NCBI RefSeq assembly: GCF_018350175.1
Contig: NC_058368.1
Span: 213,654,001 to 213,718,000 of the forward strand
Direction: 5' to 3'
From: Felis catus
Taxonomy: Eukaryota
DNA: 64,000 nucleotides
Shown here: piece after piece, positions 35,228 to 48,591 of the stretch
How positions within the stretch are numbered: position 1 is the stretch's first letter
Layout: every line of letters begins with the position of its first letter
Notes under the pieces: model-generated
Told to the model about the DNA's origin: nothing
The model's database searches: none
Seen by the model: only the letters and a program-made list of their open reading frames with translations
Made by a program: the position numbers and the translations under genes

Positions 35228-35789
35228 CATTGACCCCATCTCAAAATGAAGCTCTTAGAGCCTTTGACCTGCATGTCTTGTCTGCCCTTTGTGAAGTAAT
35301 CCTATCTGGCACCTGTGTCCTTGTGTCAATAAGCCTTTCACTTCCCCCTGGATGCAAATATCACCCGTGGGCCAGGGCCCCTCACACCTTGCAGGCAGAG
35401 AGTGAACGAGTTGGCCCTGGGATCATATCTCAGCCTTGGGTCTCATGTGCCCAAATCTCATGTGCCCAGCCCAGTTCCCTTTCTTGAATGCCCCTGCTTG
35501 CTGGTCCTCTCTTGCCAGCTGACCTCTAGTTCCACACAGTACAACTATGTCACAAGGATGAAAGGAGACAAGGAATAGAAAACTGTTTGATGTGAACACT
35601 AGAAGTACCCTCCCAGTGATTGTCAAAGTATCATCCAGGAACCATAACCTCCTGGGGTTTACAGTCACAGCTGCTCTGGTTTTATCAGTTGTATTTATTT
35701 TTCTGGGTAAAACTTTATTTGAACAAAGTAGCTAAAAACTGTTTGAAAATCACTAGAATATACAACAAACTCTATGACTTATTTTGAGT

Positions 35790-36540
35790 TGTAGAGGAGA
35801 CAGCTGACTGTCTACACAGCACCTGTTCCCTCTTTTTTACCCCCTAACAGAATTCTGACTTTTGTTCAGAGATTCATCCATCCTTTTCTGAGCAGTAGGT
35901 ATCTCAGCTCTAAAAATGGGCTGACCGATGGTAACATCCTTCCTCTTGCCAGCAGCAGTTTCAAGAATGGACAGGTGATGAGGCGCCTGGGTGACTCAGT
36001 CGGTTGAGCGTCCGACTTTGGCTCAGGTCATGATCTCGTGATCTGTGAGTTTGAGCCCCGCATCAGGCTCTGTGCTGACAGCTCAGAGCATGGAGCCTGC
36101 TTCTGATTCTGTGTCTCCCTCTCTCTCTGACCCTCCTCCACTCACGCTCTGTCTCTCTCTGTCTCAGAAATAAATAAACATTAAAAAAAATCTAAAAAAA
36201 AAGAAAAGAATGGAGAGGTGACCCAACATTGGTCAATGAGTGAGGAGGTAAAGCCTTGAAAGGGCCTTCTGGAAAACCTTAAGAGTAAGTGCCAAGAAGC
36301 AATAGTCCTTCTTCTTCCTCTAGATGTCATCAGGGCTCAGTCGAATGTCCACAATTTCTGCTGCCATCTTGATACCAGCCTAAGATGAAGCTTAATGTTG
36401 AGGATGGTACATTGAGAAGGAAAATGAAGTTGAGACCGTGATGACATTGTGAACCTTGTAGAACCACCAAATATCCTTTCTGTGGATGACTGTTTGGGTT
36501 GGATTTCTATTTCCTGCATCCAGAAAACAACCTGCTATAG
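35790..36540 (+). mobile_element. MaLR solo LTR (MLT1J/K-like) interrupted by a SINE
   Basis: ctaacagaattctgacttttgttcag...gctgccatcttg...tgaggatgg. Confidence 0.7.
35980..36205 (+). mobile_element. CAN-SINE
   Basis: TSD aagaatgga(c/g)aggtga. Confidence 0.95.
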
Positions 36541-37980
36541 ATGTGGTTCTATGCTTGGGGCTTCCTTTTAAAGGGAAAGTCAAAGACAGACATGCAAATT
36601 TGAACTTCTGAGATTCGCAGCAGGAAATGTGGATCTACCTGCCTCTGTTTCTATCCCAGAGGGCAGAAATTTGGTCATTCTTCTTTCTCATAGTAGGACA
36701 AGAATTGAACTAGCTTTCTCTTTTCTATAATTTGAATACAAATAGTCTAGTATAATGTTTGTTGATGAAGTGTTGAAAATAAGTTTATTCCTCCCTCTGA
36801 CAAAACCTCCATATTTAAGCATCCTCAGAACCCCAAGAGGCAGCACATGGTGTTTGAACGGCCTTATGCATTTTTCTTCAGAGCACAGGCAGAGGCAGAA
36901 GTGAGGGTCCCTCCAGCACCTTTAAGGTACAGAATCCCACAGCCCATGGGAAGAGTCTGGATCAACTATACCACTCCCTACCTTCATGCGATTGCTACCT
37001 TCCCCTCCAGTGAGTGTTGAGCTAACCCCCTGGCTTTGAGGGTGGAGCTCCCACTCTGGAAACTTTCTACCCATGGTGCCTTCTCCTGTTTCAAACATTT
37101 CCATAAACCTATAAATCAACTTTTCAGAAGAGGGTTGGAGGCTTGACTCTGGGCTGTTGACTAAAAAAGTGAGCTTGCTTCCTAGGGATTCTCAATGGTA
37201 CAGTAGAGCCACTAGAAACGAACAACATCTTTAATCTACCTACAAAGACATAAGTAAAGTAGTGGATGGCTCTAAGCCAGGGGCTCTTATTTCAGTACAG
37301 CAAGACTGAAACATAGTGAAGGATGAAAGGAAAATGTAATCTGGATTAATCATGGACACTAATAAAAACAAACACACAAAACTGGCAAGAGGATGGAAAC
37401 TGACATACCGAATCAAGGCCAGTCCACTCCATAAATATTTACCGAGTGTCTACCACCCTGTGCCAGGCATTACCAAAAGCTGCTGAAAATACAAATTGAG
37501 TAAGTTCTGTTTTTGCCCTCAAGAGAGTCTCAACTTTCCCAGGGCCAGATGTTTAAATAAGATATATCTTAAGGAATGAAAGAATGCACAAAGTGGGACT
37601 TGCATAAGGTGGGAGTCATTCATACAAGCCGATTCATACGAAATTCTCAGAGCAAACATGTAGGTAGTGTACTCATGCAACAGGCAAAAGGGTTGACGTA
37701 GAGGCTGTGCCCATGTACTGGGTGGTGAATGGGGGTGGGAGATTAACATGAAGGTTGGGGCAGATTATGTTTGGCCTTCCCTCCTGATCCCATGCTTCCC
37801 AATCCAGTGACTTTCCTCATGTCAGCAACGGGTTTTGGCTGGTGGTGGTTTTATTTATCTAGTCATTTAAGCAAGGGAATATTATAACCAGATATGTGAT
37901 TTCATTTTAGAAAAATATCAATATAGGAAAATGTTTACCATCACAGGTGAGGAAGTAGGTTACAAGGCAGTTTGTTTTTT

Positions 37981-38215
37981 ATTTTTTTTTAATTAAAAAA
38001 AATTTTTTTTAACGTTTATTTATTTTTGAGACAGAGAGAGACAGAGCATGAACGGGGGAGGGGCAGAGAGAGAGAGGGAGACACAGAATGGGAAGCAGGC
38101 TCCAGGCTCTGAGCCATCAGCCCAGAGCCCGACTCGGGGCTCGAACTCACGGACTGCGACATAGTGACCTGAGCTGAAGTCGGGCGCTTAACCGACTGAA
38201 CCACCCAGGCACCCC
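37981..38215 (-). mobile_element. CAN-SINE (younger) inserted in the tail of the adjacent SINE
   Basis: TSD ggcagtttgttttt. Confidence 0.95.
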
Positions 38216-38229
38216 GGCAGTTTGTTTTT

Positions 38230-38421
38230 TAATGTTGTATTTATTTTTGAGAGAGAGAGTGCAAGCAGGGGAGGGGCAGAGAGAGAGGAGGACAGAGGAT
38301 CCGAAGTGGGCTCTGTGCCAACAGCAGCAAGCTGGATGTGGGCTCCAACTCACGAACCCGTGAGATCATGACTTAAACCATTAAGTCAGACACTCAATGA
38401 ACTGAGTCACCCAGGCACCCC
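38230..38421 (-). mobile_element. CAN-SINE (older)
   Basis: Diverged reverse SINEC; outer TSD tacaa(g/a)g(c/t)agttt. Confidence 0.92.
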
Positions 38422-38608
38422 TACAAAGTAGTTTTGATTGCATGTCAATTGTGTTTAAGATTGAAAACAATCTCTTTGAAAGATATTCATTAAAATGATT
38501 GTTTTCATCTCAGGGAATCAAATCTATGAGTGGTCTTTCATCTTGAAATTTCTGGACTTCTAAATCCTGATGAACGTACTTTTGCTGACTGAAAAAATTC
38601 TGTGTGTC

Positions 38609-38800
38609 GGGGGCACCCGGGTGGCTCAGTAAGTTAAGTGTCCGACTCTTGGTTTCCACTCAGGTCATGATCTCACAGTTTGTGGGTCAAGACCTGCATC
38701 AGGCTCTGCGCTGATGGTACAGAGCCTGCTTGGGATTCTCTGTCTCCCTTTCTCTTTGCCCCTCCCTCCCTCTCTCTCTCTCTCAAAATAAACTAAAAAC
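38609..38800 (+). mobile_element. CAN-SINE followed by (TG)n 38805-38850
   Basis: SINEC head, body and CT tract. Confidence 0.93.
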
Positions 38801-38801
38801 A

Positions 38802-38852
<51 letters not shown>

Positions 38853-39535
38853 GGATACAGATGGGATTTCTACAGATTGAGTGAGTCTGGGCAGCAAGGA
38901 TACCCATTGGGAGACTGTCCTCATAGCTCAGGTGTGATCTCCTGACCGCCTGGACCAGAGCAGTGGGAACAGGGCAGCTTCTTAAGCTATTTCAGAGGCT
39001 GAGTTGACTAGTCCAGACCTCACGCAAGTAGACTGGTAGGGAAGGGGATGGAGAGGAGGAAGAGTCAAAGGTGACCCAGGGGATTGGCGAGAGCGGGCAG
39101 CTTACCCAACAGAGAGGCCCCTCATTCATGTTGGCCCTGTCCTTTGCCTCATACTCCAGGCATCTGAATTTGGCCTACTTGTCAGAGACCCAAACTAGAC
39201 TTCTTGCCTTCCTCTGGTCACACTGGCTACAGGAGCAGAGGGAAGGCCAAGTCCTTCCTTCTTACTGTGACAATGGATTGCCCTTCCCCCACATCCACCT
39301 CCAACACCCTGATTTCCACACCTGTGAAGTCTTACTCAGAAACTCCCTGTCTAAACTTCCTGGGCCAGAGAGAACCAGGTTTGTTATCAGAAGTTCACAA
39401 AGGCCAGCCTTCTTTTAAGGTAATTAAAACTCCAGTGTGGGAGATCTTTGGCAACAACTACTTTTTCCACCTAGCGACTCTCGCCACAGATGTGACAGTC
39501 CACCAGCTTAGGAAAGCCAAAGTGTTACACAGGAA

Positions 39536-39536
<1 letters not shown>

Positions 39537-39585
<49 letters not shown>
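39537..39585. repeat. (CA)n microsatellite
   Basis: Direct inspection. Confidence 0.97.
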
Positions 39586-39587
<2 letters not shown>

Positions 39588-40179
39588 CTGTTTTGTGAGT
39601 GCTGTCCTCCGCTCCCTCTTCCCCTTGTAATTCCCCAAAGCTCCCATTCAACCGGGAAAATATGGATCTGATTAGGAGCCAAACAGTTGCAGCCTCATTC
39701 TCCTTTGACAGACCGGAGTGGGGGAGGGCAATTTCCATCAGAAAAGCCAGGGGAAATGAGTGACAACTAGAGAGCTCGACCAAGGACTAGGAGCAGCAAA
39801 GGAGAAAATTGCCTCTATGAAGTCAAACCCGTCTGCGGATAATGGACTGTGGAATCCATTCCAGGCCACCACACTCTTCTGCTTGATCCCATTAATCTGT
39901 CACTTTTCCCCAACTACACTTCTATTCCTGCCACCTAACAGAGTGTGGGTCCACTCGCCACTACATAAGGATCCATGGAACACGAGGAACAGGCAAAATC
40001 TAAGGAGAAGGCAACACTTACAATCAGCAGATTAGCCCATGATCCAGCTCCACATTTCAAAAGGAAAACAATTTTGATTCAAAAAGTAATTTGATAAAGA
40101 CAACTTTCCAGAGCTTAGGCATAAAGACTTTTGCACTATATTGTGATGAAGAAAGGCTCATTAGAAAACAAAACTTGGT

Positions 40180-40376
40180 CAGTGATGTGCGGAGTTGGCT
40201 CTTGCTGGTTCCCAAAAAATGACTGAGGTTTTCTGGAATCTCACAAGCTGGCTGACAGGTTGGTAATTTGAAATCAGCCATGGTGGGATCATTTATACCA
40301 TGGAAATTGGCAAATGTTACAAATCAGGTCAGCCTCTTCCCTAGCCATTTGTTAAACATTTACCAGCACACCACTG
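40180..40376. mobile_element. MER63A-like hAT-Blackjack MITE
   Basis: TIRs cagtgatgtgc / gcacaccactg; internal ttgaaatcagccatggtggga..tttataccatggaaattggcaaa. Confidence 0.88.
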
Positions 40377-40421
40377 AGTGTGATTTTTTTTTTCATTTAA
40401 AGGCCTACTTATATACACATT

Positions 40422-40422
<1 letters not shown>

Positions 40423-40454
<32 letters not shown>
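40423..40454. repeat. (TG)n microsatellite
   Basis: Direct inspection. Confidence 0.96.
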
Positions 40455-40458
<4 letters not shown>

Positions 40459-43046
40459 CAAGACATAAAGTAGCTAAAACATTAACTGCTTTAATTCTAG
40501 CCAGTGAAACGAATAGCTTTTTATATCTTCTTTTACTTTATATATTTTTTCTACAGAGAACACGTATTCTTTGTACAGTAACCAACATTCTGGAAAAGAG
40601 AGCAATTCCTTTTCCTTCTGAGCCCTCTGACTCATCCTTCTCCTCTCTGTCCTCTTCTTTGATCTCCTCCTGTCCTGGCCTCCCAGGTTTTTATGCTCTT
40701 CCTAGGGTGCTGCTGAAATCCCAAACTATTCACCCGCCCGAGGCAGGCAGAGCGCTAGGTAATGAGAACAGGTGAGCTCACTCCAGGCTCCAGGTGGACA
40801 AAGCCCAAACTCAGCCCACACCAGGCTCACCTGCAGGGGTGAACTGGTCTCTGGACCCCTGCCCTGGGCACAAAGCTGTTGTTGGTAAGTTAACAAAGGA
40901 GCAATAGCCAGATGGGGATAGCAGGAATCTCAGCCCAAGTGACCCCAGGCTCTGTGGACAGGACAACACCATTTCTTCAGGTATTCATATCGGCTTTCCC
41001 CACCTACATACTGACCACTCCTATTATTTGTAGAGCAGGGTGACTATTCAACACTTTCACATCTAGTACCTCATTGTATCCTTGTCATAGTCGGGTGTTT
41101 TCCCAATTTAGCACATATAAACGCAGGCACAGAAAGCCCATGTCATTTACCCAAAGTCACAGAGCCAAGGGCAGAGCTGGGACAACAATGCAGGTATTGA
41201 TATTGACCTAAGGTTTTATCTCTCAACTGTACTGAATACTTCACAAGACCCTAAGTTTTGGACCATATAGTTTGAATGAAATGAGCTCCCACTTTCTCAC
41301 AATTAAAGAAGTCCAAGACAACCTTGTCAATGGAAAAGGGGATACTAACCCCAGTTGGACTTGTTTTCAGAACCAGTTTATGGTCTCTGCAGGAAGGTAA
41401 GATTCCACCGTGTTCTTTCCTACTTCCCATACACTCCGTGTACGAGAGATGTTGAGTGTGAGCTGAATGATGGCTTTATTGCTGGTATCACTTTTTGACC
41501 TGTTTCACCTCCTAATCCCACAGACTGTGGGACCCACCTATTGCCTCCAAATTCCTCTGCCTCACAGGAAGAAAACGGCTGGGATAGGAAGGGCTGTGTC
41601 ACACTCCATGGGATCTCCTCAAGCAGGCAGTGGACAATATATGTCCATACCACAGTCTGGCTCTGGTCTACACAGAGCCTCTTGGCTCTGGTTACTCAGC
41701 TGGCCTGCAGAAACTTCTGGTTGGCAGAGTGACACAGAGACCTGACCCTGTGCAGATGGGACCCTTCTGAAAACAGGAGGGACGGCCCTCCAGGCAATAG
41801 TGCCCAGGAAACCATGAGCAGCTTTAGCAAAAAGGCAGCACTGATTCCAAAGTTCTGTTGACCAACTTTCTGAGCTACAAGGGATTTTAAAATCTTATCC
41901 AATCCAGTATCTTTTAATGCTATTCCAGGCAGGTCCAGAAACCACCTTGATACACAAGACAGGAGCTGAGTAGTTCGGGCTCTGGTGCCCAATCCTGCTC
42001 GTCCCCTCAGTGGCACCTGGAGCAGACCCACCTTTATTTGATTTACACATTGGGCTTTCTTACCAAAATCTTGTTTCAAGAAAGGGTTCCAGTGCTTAAA
42101 AACAGTAAGTTTGGAAAGTTACTCACCTAACTGAACCATGTTAAGAGGTTGAAACTGAGGCTCAGGGAGGCAGAAGTGACCGGAGAAGCCAGGACTTTCT
42201 ATTCTACTCATCTGCTCTTGCTTCAACTGTCCTTTGACTTGGCAGACAGTTGACCTTGGTCTCAGGACACACTCCTGTCTTTATGGTCTACCATAGCCCT
42301 ACTCTTGCCGGTGAGGAAATGATCTAATAGTTTTCAGTTTTGAACCTGGCTTCCCTGCCTGCCCTTGCCTTCTTGTTGACTTGGATTTCCTGTCCATGGA
42401 CACTGGCCAATCCAACAGCAGACCTGCCAGACCCTGTCTTACCTCTGTATCCTCTGCCTCTCCATACGACACAAATCTACATCACCTTTGGTGGTCCTGG
42501 GAACTGCCAGAACATCCCCGTCAACCTGGGATGTAACAGATTATAATGAACTCAGTGCCCCACGTAAAGTCTTCTCTGACTCAATGTTACTAAAGATGCT
42601 GATGACAAGACAGCTAACACACAAGATAAACACCGAAATGCGTTGTGGCATCCACACATAGACTGAGATCCCCCCAAGAGTTTCAGATAGTCACATGAAT
42701 ATCAAACTAGTCACAGACATCTCTCTATCACTCTCTATTTCCTCTTTTGTCAAACACAGGGTGGCAGAGCTCCATCTATTGTCCCAGACTTTCCCAATTT
42801 ATGAACAGCAAACATATTAGCTTCAAAGCTTACCCCCAAGCAGTTCCATTAAGTCATGCTTATTTGCACAGCTAAAGAATCCTTCCATTTACAAACTGCA
42901 TCACTGTGGTGCTTCCTTTAACAGCAAGTTTTTCTAATGATTCGACTCTACACTCTTCTTTACAGAACAAAAAACAAAACCCATGCAAATTTTCAAGGCT
43001 GCAACTCCTGCAAAATATGAAGTGCACTTAAAAAATGGAAACCACA

Positions 43047-43180
43047 GGAGCACCTGGGTGGCTCAACTGGTTAAGCGTCCAACTCTTGATTCCGGCTCAG
43101 GTCATGATCTTGCTGTTTGTGGGTTCGAGCCCTGCATCAGGCTCTGCACTGTCAGTGTGGATCCTGCTTGGGATTCATTC

Positions 43181-43261
<81 letters not shown>

Positions 43262-43312
43262 CTGCCCCTCCCTCTCCCTCTCTCAAAATAAATAAACTTA
43301 AAAAAAATTTTA
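43047..43312 (+). mobile_element. CAN-SINE with expanded internal (CT)n(GT)n
   Basis: SINEC head; compound microsatellite 43184-43260. Confidence 0.94.
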
Positions 43313-44279
43313 AAACAACTGAGAAAACAGAAGACAAGACAACGGATGCTGAGACCATCCACAGCATACTTGACTTCTTTTCTAACATTGAGAATCTATG
43401 GACACTGGAGCTGCAGCACAGAAACCACCCTGTTTGGGTACTTAGCACATAGAGCATCCCTCTGATTGCAAGTGTGTAGAGCTCTCCAAGCCACTGGGCT
43501 CAGTTTATATTGGGCTGTTCTGGGGTGACCACCGCTATTAGCACCTCTTTCAAGGAATCTGACCTGGTCCAAAAAAATCCCACAGGCCTAAAGACCAAAG
43601 AAGCTGGTGTCCCCTCTGGGTCTGTGCACTGTTCTAGTCCTGTTTACAATTCCTAAGCCCCCCTGACAGCCAACAGCAGGCAGTGAACTGGGAAGTGGGA
43701 ATGCCCTAGGGTCACTGGAGACTGCAGCCACTCAGGGTGAATTCCCCCACCCCAGAGAACCCCCCAAAATACTCTCTTCCAATCCAAATGCCCACGGTGC
43801 AGTTGCAGATGAAACCCTCTGAGGCACACACGAGGGATTCCTCCAGCCATTGGCTGCGTCGGCTCCCCGCTGTCCCTGTGGCTCACTGAGCGGGGGTGGG
43901 GGGGTTCTGCAAACTGTGGGAGACCCAAGCGTGCAGGGACGGCGTCCGACCTGGAGCCTCTGACACAGTCAGTTCAGCTTAAGAAGCTGTGATAAAACTA
44001 AATTATCTGACACTTTCTTCTTCAATCTCTTTTCTTTTTCTTCCACAAACACAACAGGCTCCAAATGTGACCTACTTTCTCTTTGTGATTATGCAGAACT
44101 CACAAAGCTTTTCCTTGAGCCTGACTAATATTTTCAGTGACATGCTTTTCATCTTTTGGAAAAGAAGAGTCCACATCAGCCTGCCAGAACACATAAGTCT
44201 TGGTGAAATGGCCAACGAAGACGGATGAATTACAAAGACTTCACGGGGGCGAGGGGGCTCATAAGAGACTCACTGAGCA

Positions 44280-44283
<4 letters not shown>

Positions 44284-44326
<43 letters not shown>
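44284..44326. repeat. (CA)n microsatellite
   Basis: Direct inspection. Confidence 0.97.
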
Positions 44327-44327
<1 letters not shown>

Positions 44328-44547
44328 AAAATCCAGATCTGGCCCCTTGAAAGTCATTAGCACTTAGTCTGAAATTTTTCATCAACAAAAATCAAGATGT
44401 TATTGATGAGCTAAGTGACTACAAAGTTCCTCATCACCCTTGTCCTGAGACCGTGGACTCTGGCTGTGGCCTGGAACACTGCCACACTCCAAAACCCACT
44501 CGGGCACATTCGAACTCTGCATTTTGCATTAAAAATTAATTGACTTT

Positions 44548-44755
44548 GGGGCACCTGATTCTTGATTTCAGCTCAAGTCATGATCTCAAGGTTCTGTGGG
44601 TTCCAGCCCTGTGTCAGGCTCTGCACACTGACCTCACATGAGCCTGCTTGGGATTCTCCGTCTCTCCCTCTCTCTCTACCCCTCCCCCTGCTTGCACTCT
44701 CTTTGTCTCTCTGAAAATAAATTTGTAAACATTAAAAAAATAAATAAATAAAATA
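44548..44755 (+). mobile_element. CAN-SINE with deleted A-box region
   Basis: ggggcacctg joined directly to attcttgatttcagctca; TSD aaaaattaa(t/c)tgactt. Confidence 0.9.
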
Positions 44756-44811
44756 AAAATTAACTGACTTCTGTGAATCAGAATCCAACAGGGTTTTAAA
44801 ATATAAAAATA

Positions 44812-45045
44812 GGGCCGCCTGGGTGGCTCAGTCGGTTAAGCGTCCTACTTCGCTCAGGTCATGATCTCACGGTCTGTGGGTTCGAGCCCCGCGTCGGGCT
44901 CTGGGCTGACAGCTCAGAGCCTGGAGCCTGTTTCGGATTCTGTGTCTCCCTCTTTCTCTGACCCTCCCCTATTCATGCTCTCTCTCTCTCTGTCTCAAAA
45001 ATAAATAAATGTTAAAAAAAAAATTAAAAAAAAAATAAATAAATA
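44812..45045 (+). mobile_element. CAN-SINE (SINEC_Fc family)
   Basis: TSD aaaatataaaaata. Confidence 0.96.
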
Positions 45046-45944
45046 AAATATAAAAATAAAACCCAAGCACCCAGCTTGGGTCAAAACTTAGGTCTATTAC
45101 TCAAAATTAAGTTGATATTGATTTTCCCCTGCTATTATTACCTTGGAGGCCGTGCACTTTTTGATGTTTGACCCACTGTCCTTTTTTGACATCGAAACTC
45201 CACATTACAATTGGTAGTTGGAGACATTTGCTTGGTGACTTTAGAAATATCATTGCTGGCCCAAACTCTAGCCCTGGGATTCTGATCCAAAGCTTCTCTT
45301 TTATCCTCTGTGAAACAGAGCCCGCTAAACGTTTACTGAATAAATTGTTCAAAATAGAAACAGACCTGCAGCCCTAGGGTCCAACTGTGTTTGCTTCTAT
45401 CCAGGTTAGTTCAGCTTCATGCCACATCCAAGCTGTGTGGTCAGCACTGACTCAAACACCAGCTGCAGCAGCCAGAGGAGTCTAGAAAATCATTGTGTGA
45501 GAGGGGCCCCCACCAGCTGCATAAGCCCTCAGCATCCTGAGCATCAATCAGCTCCGGTGCAGACTTCATTCCATCCCCACTACTGTTCAAGAGTTCCAGT
45601 TCATTCATTCATTCATTCATTCATTCAAAGTAGCTACTGTGCACCTCTGGGGTAGCACTGTGTCCAGGAAATACAAAGGCAGACAAAACAGGAACTGTCC
45701 CCACCTTTAGAGATTTCCCGAGACTGAAGACCAGGCTCAGGATTACAGGTGTTAGGACACGGAAAGCAGAGAACGCTACTGGTTTGCAGCCTCTGCTTCT
45801 CCTCTCTGTCTCCATGCCAGTTCACGTGATTCCCTGCAGCCCCCCCCCCCCCCCCCCCACCATTCAGCGCCACCAACAACCTTCAGTGCGGTTGTTCCCT
45901 TCAGCAGGAGCCACCTGGAGGGCTGCTCAGCAGCATACCCTTAA

Positions 45945-46153
45945 ATTTTTTTTTTTTTAACGTTTATTTACTTTTGAGACAGAGCATGAACGGGGCAGGG
46001 TCAGAGAGAGAGAGGGAGACACAGAATCTGAAACAGGCTCCAGGCTCTGAGCTGTCAGCACAGAGCCTGATGCGGGGCTTGAACTCACGAGCCGTGAGAT
46101 CGTGACCTGAGCCGAAGTCGGACGCTTAACCGACTGAGCCACCCAGGCGCCCC
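45945..46153 (-). mobile_element. CAN-SINE (SINEC_Fc family)
   Basis: TSD cagcagcataccctta. Confidence 0.96.
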
Positions 46154-46665
46154 AGCAGCATACCCTTAGACCCAGCGTCAGTCCTTATCCCTGCTTCAGT
46201 CCCGATCGTGCCCTCAGCTCTAACCACCAAAGCCTCACCTCTCTCGTTAGTTCCCACCTTAGAATCTGGAGTACCACCTCGTCTCTCACATTGGTGGCTG
46301 CACATTGCAAGCGGCCCATCAGCCTACCCTTGGTTGAGTTCCACCAGCTTTGGGGACTCTGGTGCCAACTGTTTGCCTGAACCAGCTGTTGCCGAACGCC
46401 TTTGATATGAAACCCTGCCTACCTCACCCGGTGGACCAACACCAAACTTCAGGTCCTGGGTTCATGCAGTTGGTTCTACCTACCCTCTTGCCATTGGCTG
46501 GGCCAAGCCTCTAGATGTGGTGACAACTCTGGAAGGAAGCACTGATCCCACAGGTGGAAAGGTAGGCTTGTAGGAATGAAGCTGTTCCAATTTATTATTT
46601 TGTCTTCAAATATGTTATCAAAAATATGTGGCGAGGAATCTCTCTATTCAAAATTGGATAAAGTT

Positions 46666-46892
46666 GGGGCGCCTTGGTGGCACAGTCAGTTAAGCGTCCG
46701 ACTTCAGCCAGGTCACGATCTCATGGTCCGTGAGTTCGAGCCCGCGTCAGGCTCTGGTGCTGACAGCTCAGAGCCTGGAGCCTGTTTCCGATTCTGTGTC
46801 TCCCTCTCTCTCTGCCCCTCCCCCGTTCATGCTCTGTCTCTCTCTGTCCCAAAAAATAAATAAAAAACGTTGAAAAAAAAATTAAAAAAAAA
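46666..46892 (+). mobile_element. SINEC_Fc
   Basis: TSD caaaattggataaagt. Confidence 0.96.
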
Positions 46893-46989
46893 CAAAATTG
46901 GATAAAGTGGAAATGGCTAAACAATAGTTGGCATAAAGGACCTGGATGAATGCTCCAAGAAGTACGGATTAAGAACAGCCAGAAGCAGG

Positions 46990-47193
46990 AGGGAGGCTGG
47001 GAGGCTCGGCCGGTTAAACGTCCGACTTAGGCTCAGGTCATGATCTCTCAGTTCATGAGTTCAAGCCCCGTGTCGGGCTCTGTGTTGACAGCTTGGAGTC
47101 TGGAGCCTGCTTTGGATTCTGTGTCTCACTCTCTCTCTGCCCCTCCCCTGTTCACGCTCTGTCTCTCTCTCAAAAATAAATAAACATTAAAAA
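46990..47193 (+). mobile_element. CAN-SINE
   Basis: SINEC body and tail. Confidence 0.93.
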
Positions 47194-47769
47194 AGAACAA
47201 GCCAGGGAACAAGCCAGGAACCACGTCCTTGGGCTCAAGTGAGGTTGTGCATAGAAAAGTAAGGGGCTGGGGACACTGAGCTGACCATCAGACACTGCCA
47301 CACTGCACGGCTACACCGACTGGCCAGTGGTGCTGCCATTCACAGCTTCGCCATCCATGGGCCTCCCTTTCCCCATCATCAAAATTGCAGTGAGGTCTGA
47401 GACCTTTAAATAGTCCTCTTACTTCAAGTTGACAGATAGGTCTTACATGAAACATGGTCAAAATGGGTCAGTTTCTTAGAAACACCATCAAGTGAAAGAG
47501 GAATGAATGCAGGGTATTGAATCATCTCGCATGGAAGACCGCCAGAGACAGTGGACACCTTTGAACTAAGGGACAGGTATAGGAGCAGCTGGCATTCCAC
47601 CAAATAACATGGCCAAGAGCCACCCTTGGAAAGAGTTTCCATTAGCAGACACATGTGAGAATGGCTGTCTATTACAAACTCCTCTCAAACTCATCATTCT
47701 TATTGAAGTCTCTGAGAAGCCCTGTTCTGTCAAAACCTGTTTAAGGCTTAAAAGAGCACTTTTTAAAAT

Positions 47770-48198
47770 AAATTTCTTTGTTTTAATGTTTATTTATTTT
47801 TGAGACAGAGAGAGAGAGTGAGAGAGAGAGACAGAGAGAGAGAGAGCATGAGCAGGGGAGGGGCAGAGAGAGGGAGACACAGAATCCAAAGCAGCTGTCA
47901 GCACTGCTCCTCGACAGAAGATATTCTTCCCTCTCCCGAAACAGCAGCAGCCGCACTTTCCTCTGGTTTGGAGCTTCTACCTTCAACCTTACTTATGCCT
48001 AAGAGCTAAAATTGGGAACGACTATTTATCGCTTTAAGTGAAAGATTTCAAAGGCGGTAATTTAAGTTAATAAATTAAGTTAATAAATTAACTCTGAGCT
48101 GTCAGCACAGAGCCCCACACGGGGCTCAAACCCACAAACTGTGACATCATGACCTGAGCCAAAGTTGGATTCTTAACCAACTGAGCCACCCAGGCACT
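47770..48198 (-). mobile_element. CAN-SINE split by a ~190-bp non-SINE insertion
   Basis: SINE 3' half 47770-47904 and 5' half 48092-48198. Confidence 0.93.
47904..48073. repeat. Inverted duplicate of 49040-49209
   Basis: 170 bp, 4 mismatches and no indels by manual alignment. Confidence 0.97.
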
Positions 48199-48351
48199 TT
48201 TAAAACTTATTTGACCATCAAACTCATTTTTATATTTACTTATTAGCACTTTTCCGATGTGGACATCTGAGTTCCGTATCATGGGTGACAGTACTAGAAA
48301 GGAACTTTGGTTTTGTTTTGTTTTTTTTTAACATAAAGAAGTGCCCAATCT

Positions 48352-48385
48352 TTAAAAAAAATTTTTTTAATGTTTATTTATGTTT

Positions 48386-48433
<48 letters not shown>

Positions 48434-48591
48434 AAGCAGGGGAGGGACACAGAGAGAAGGAGACATAGAAACATAGAATCCGAAGTAGGCTGTCAGCACA
48501 GAACCCGATGCGGGGCTCGAACTCAAGAACTGCAAGATCATGACCTCAGCCAAAGCCAGGTGCTTAACCGGCTGAGTCACCCAGGTGCCCC
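48352..48591 (-). mobile_element. CAN-SINE with (GA)n expansion
   Basis: TSD tgcccaatctt. Confidence 0.94.
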
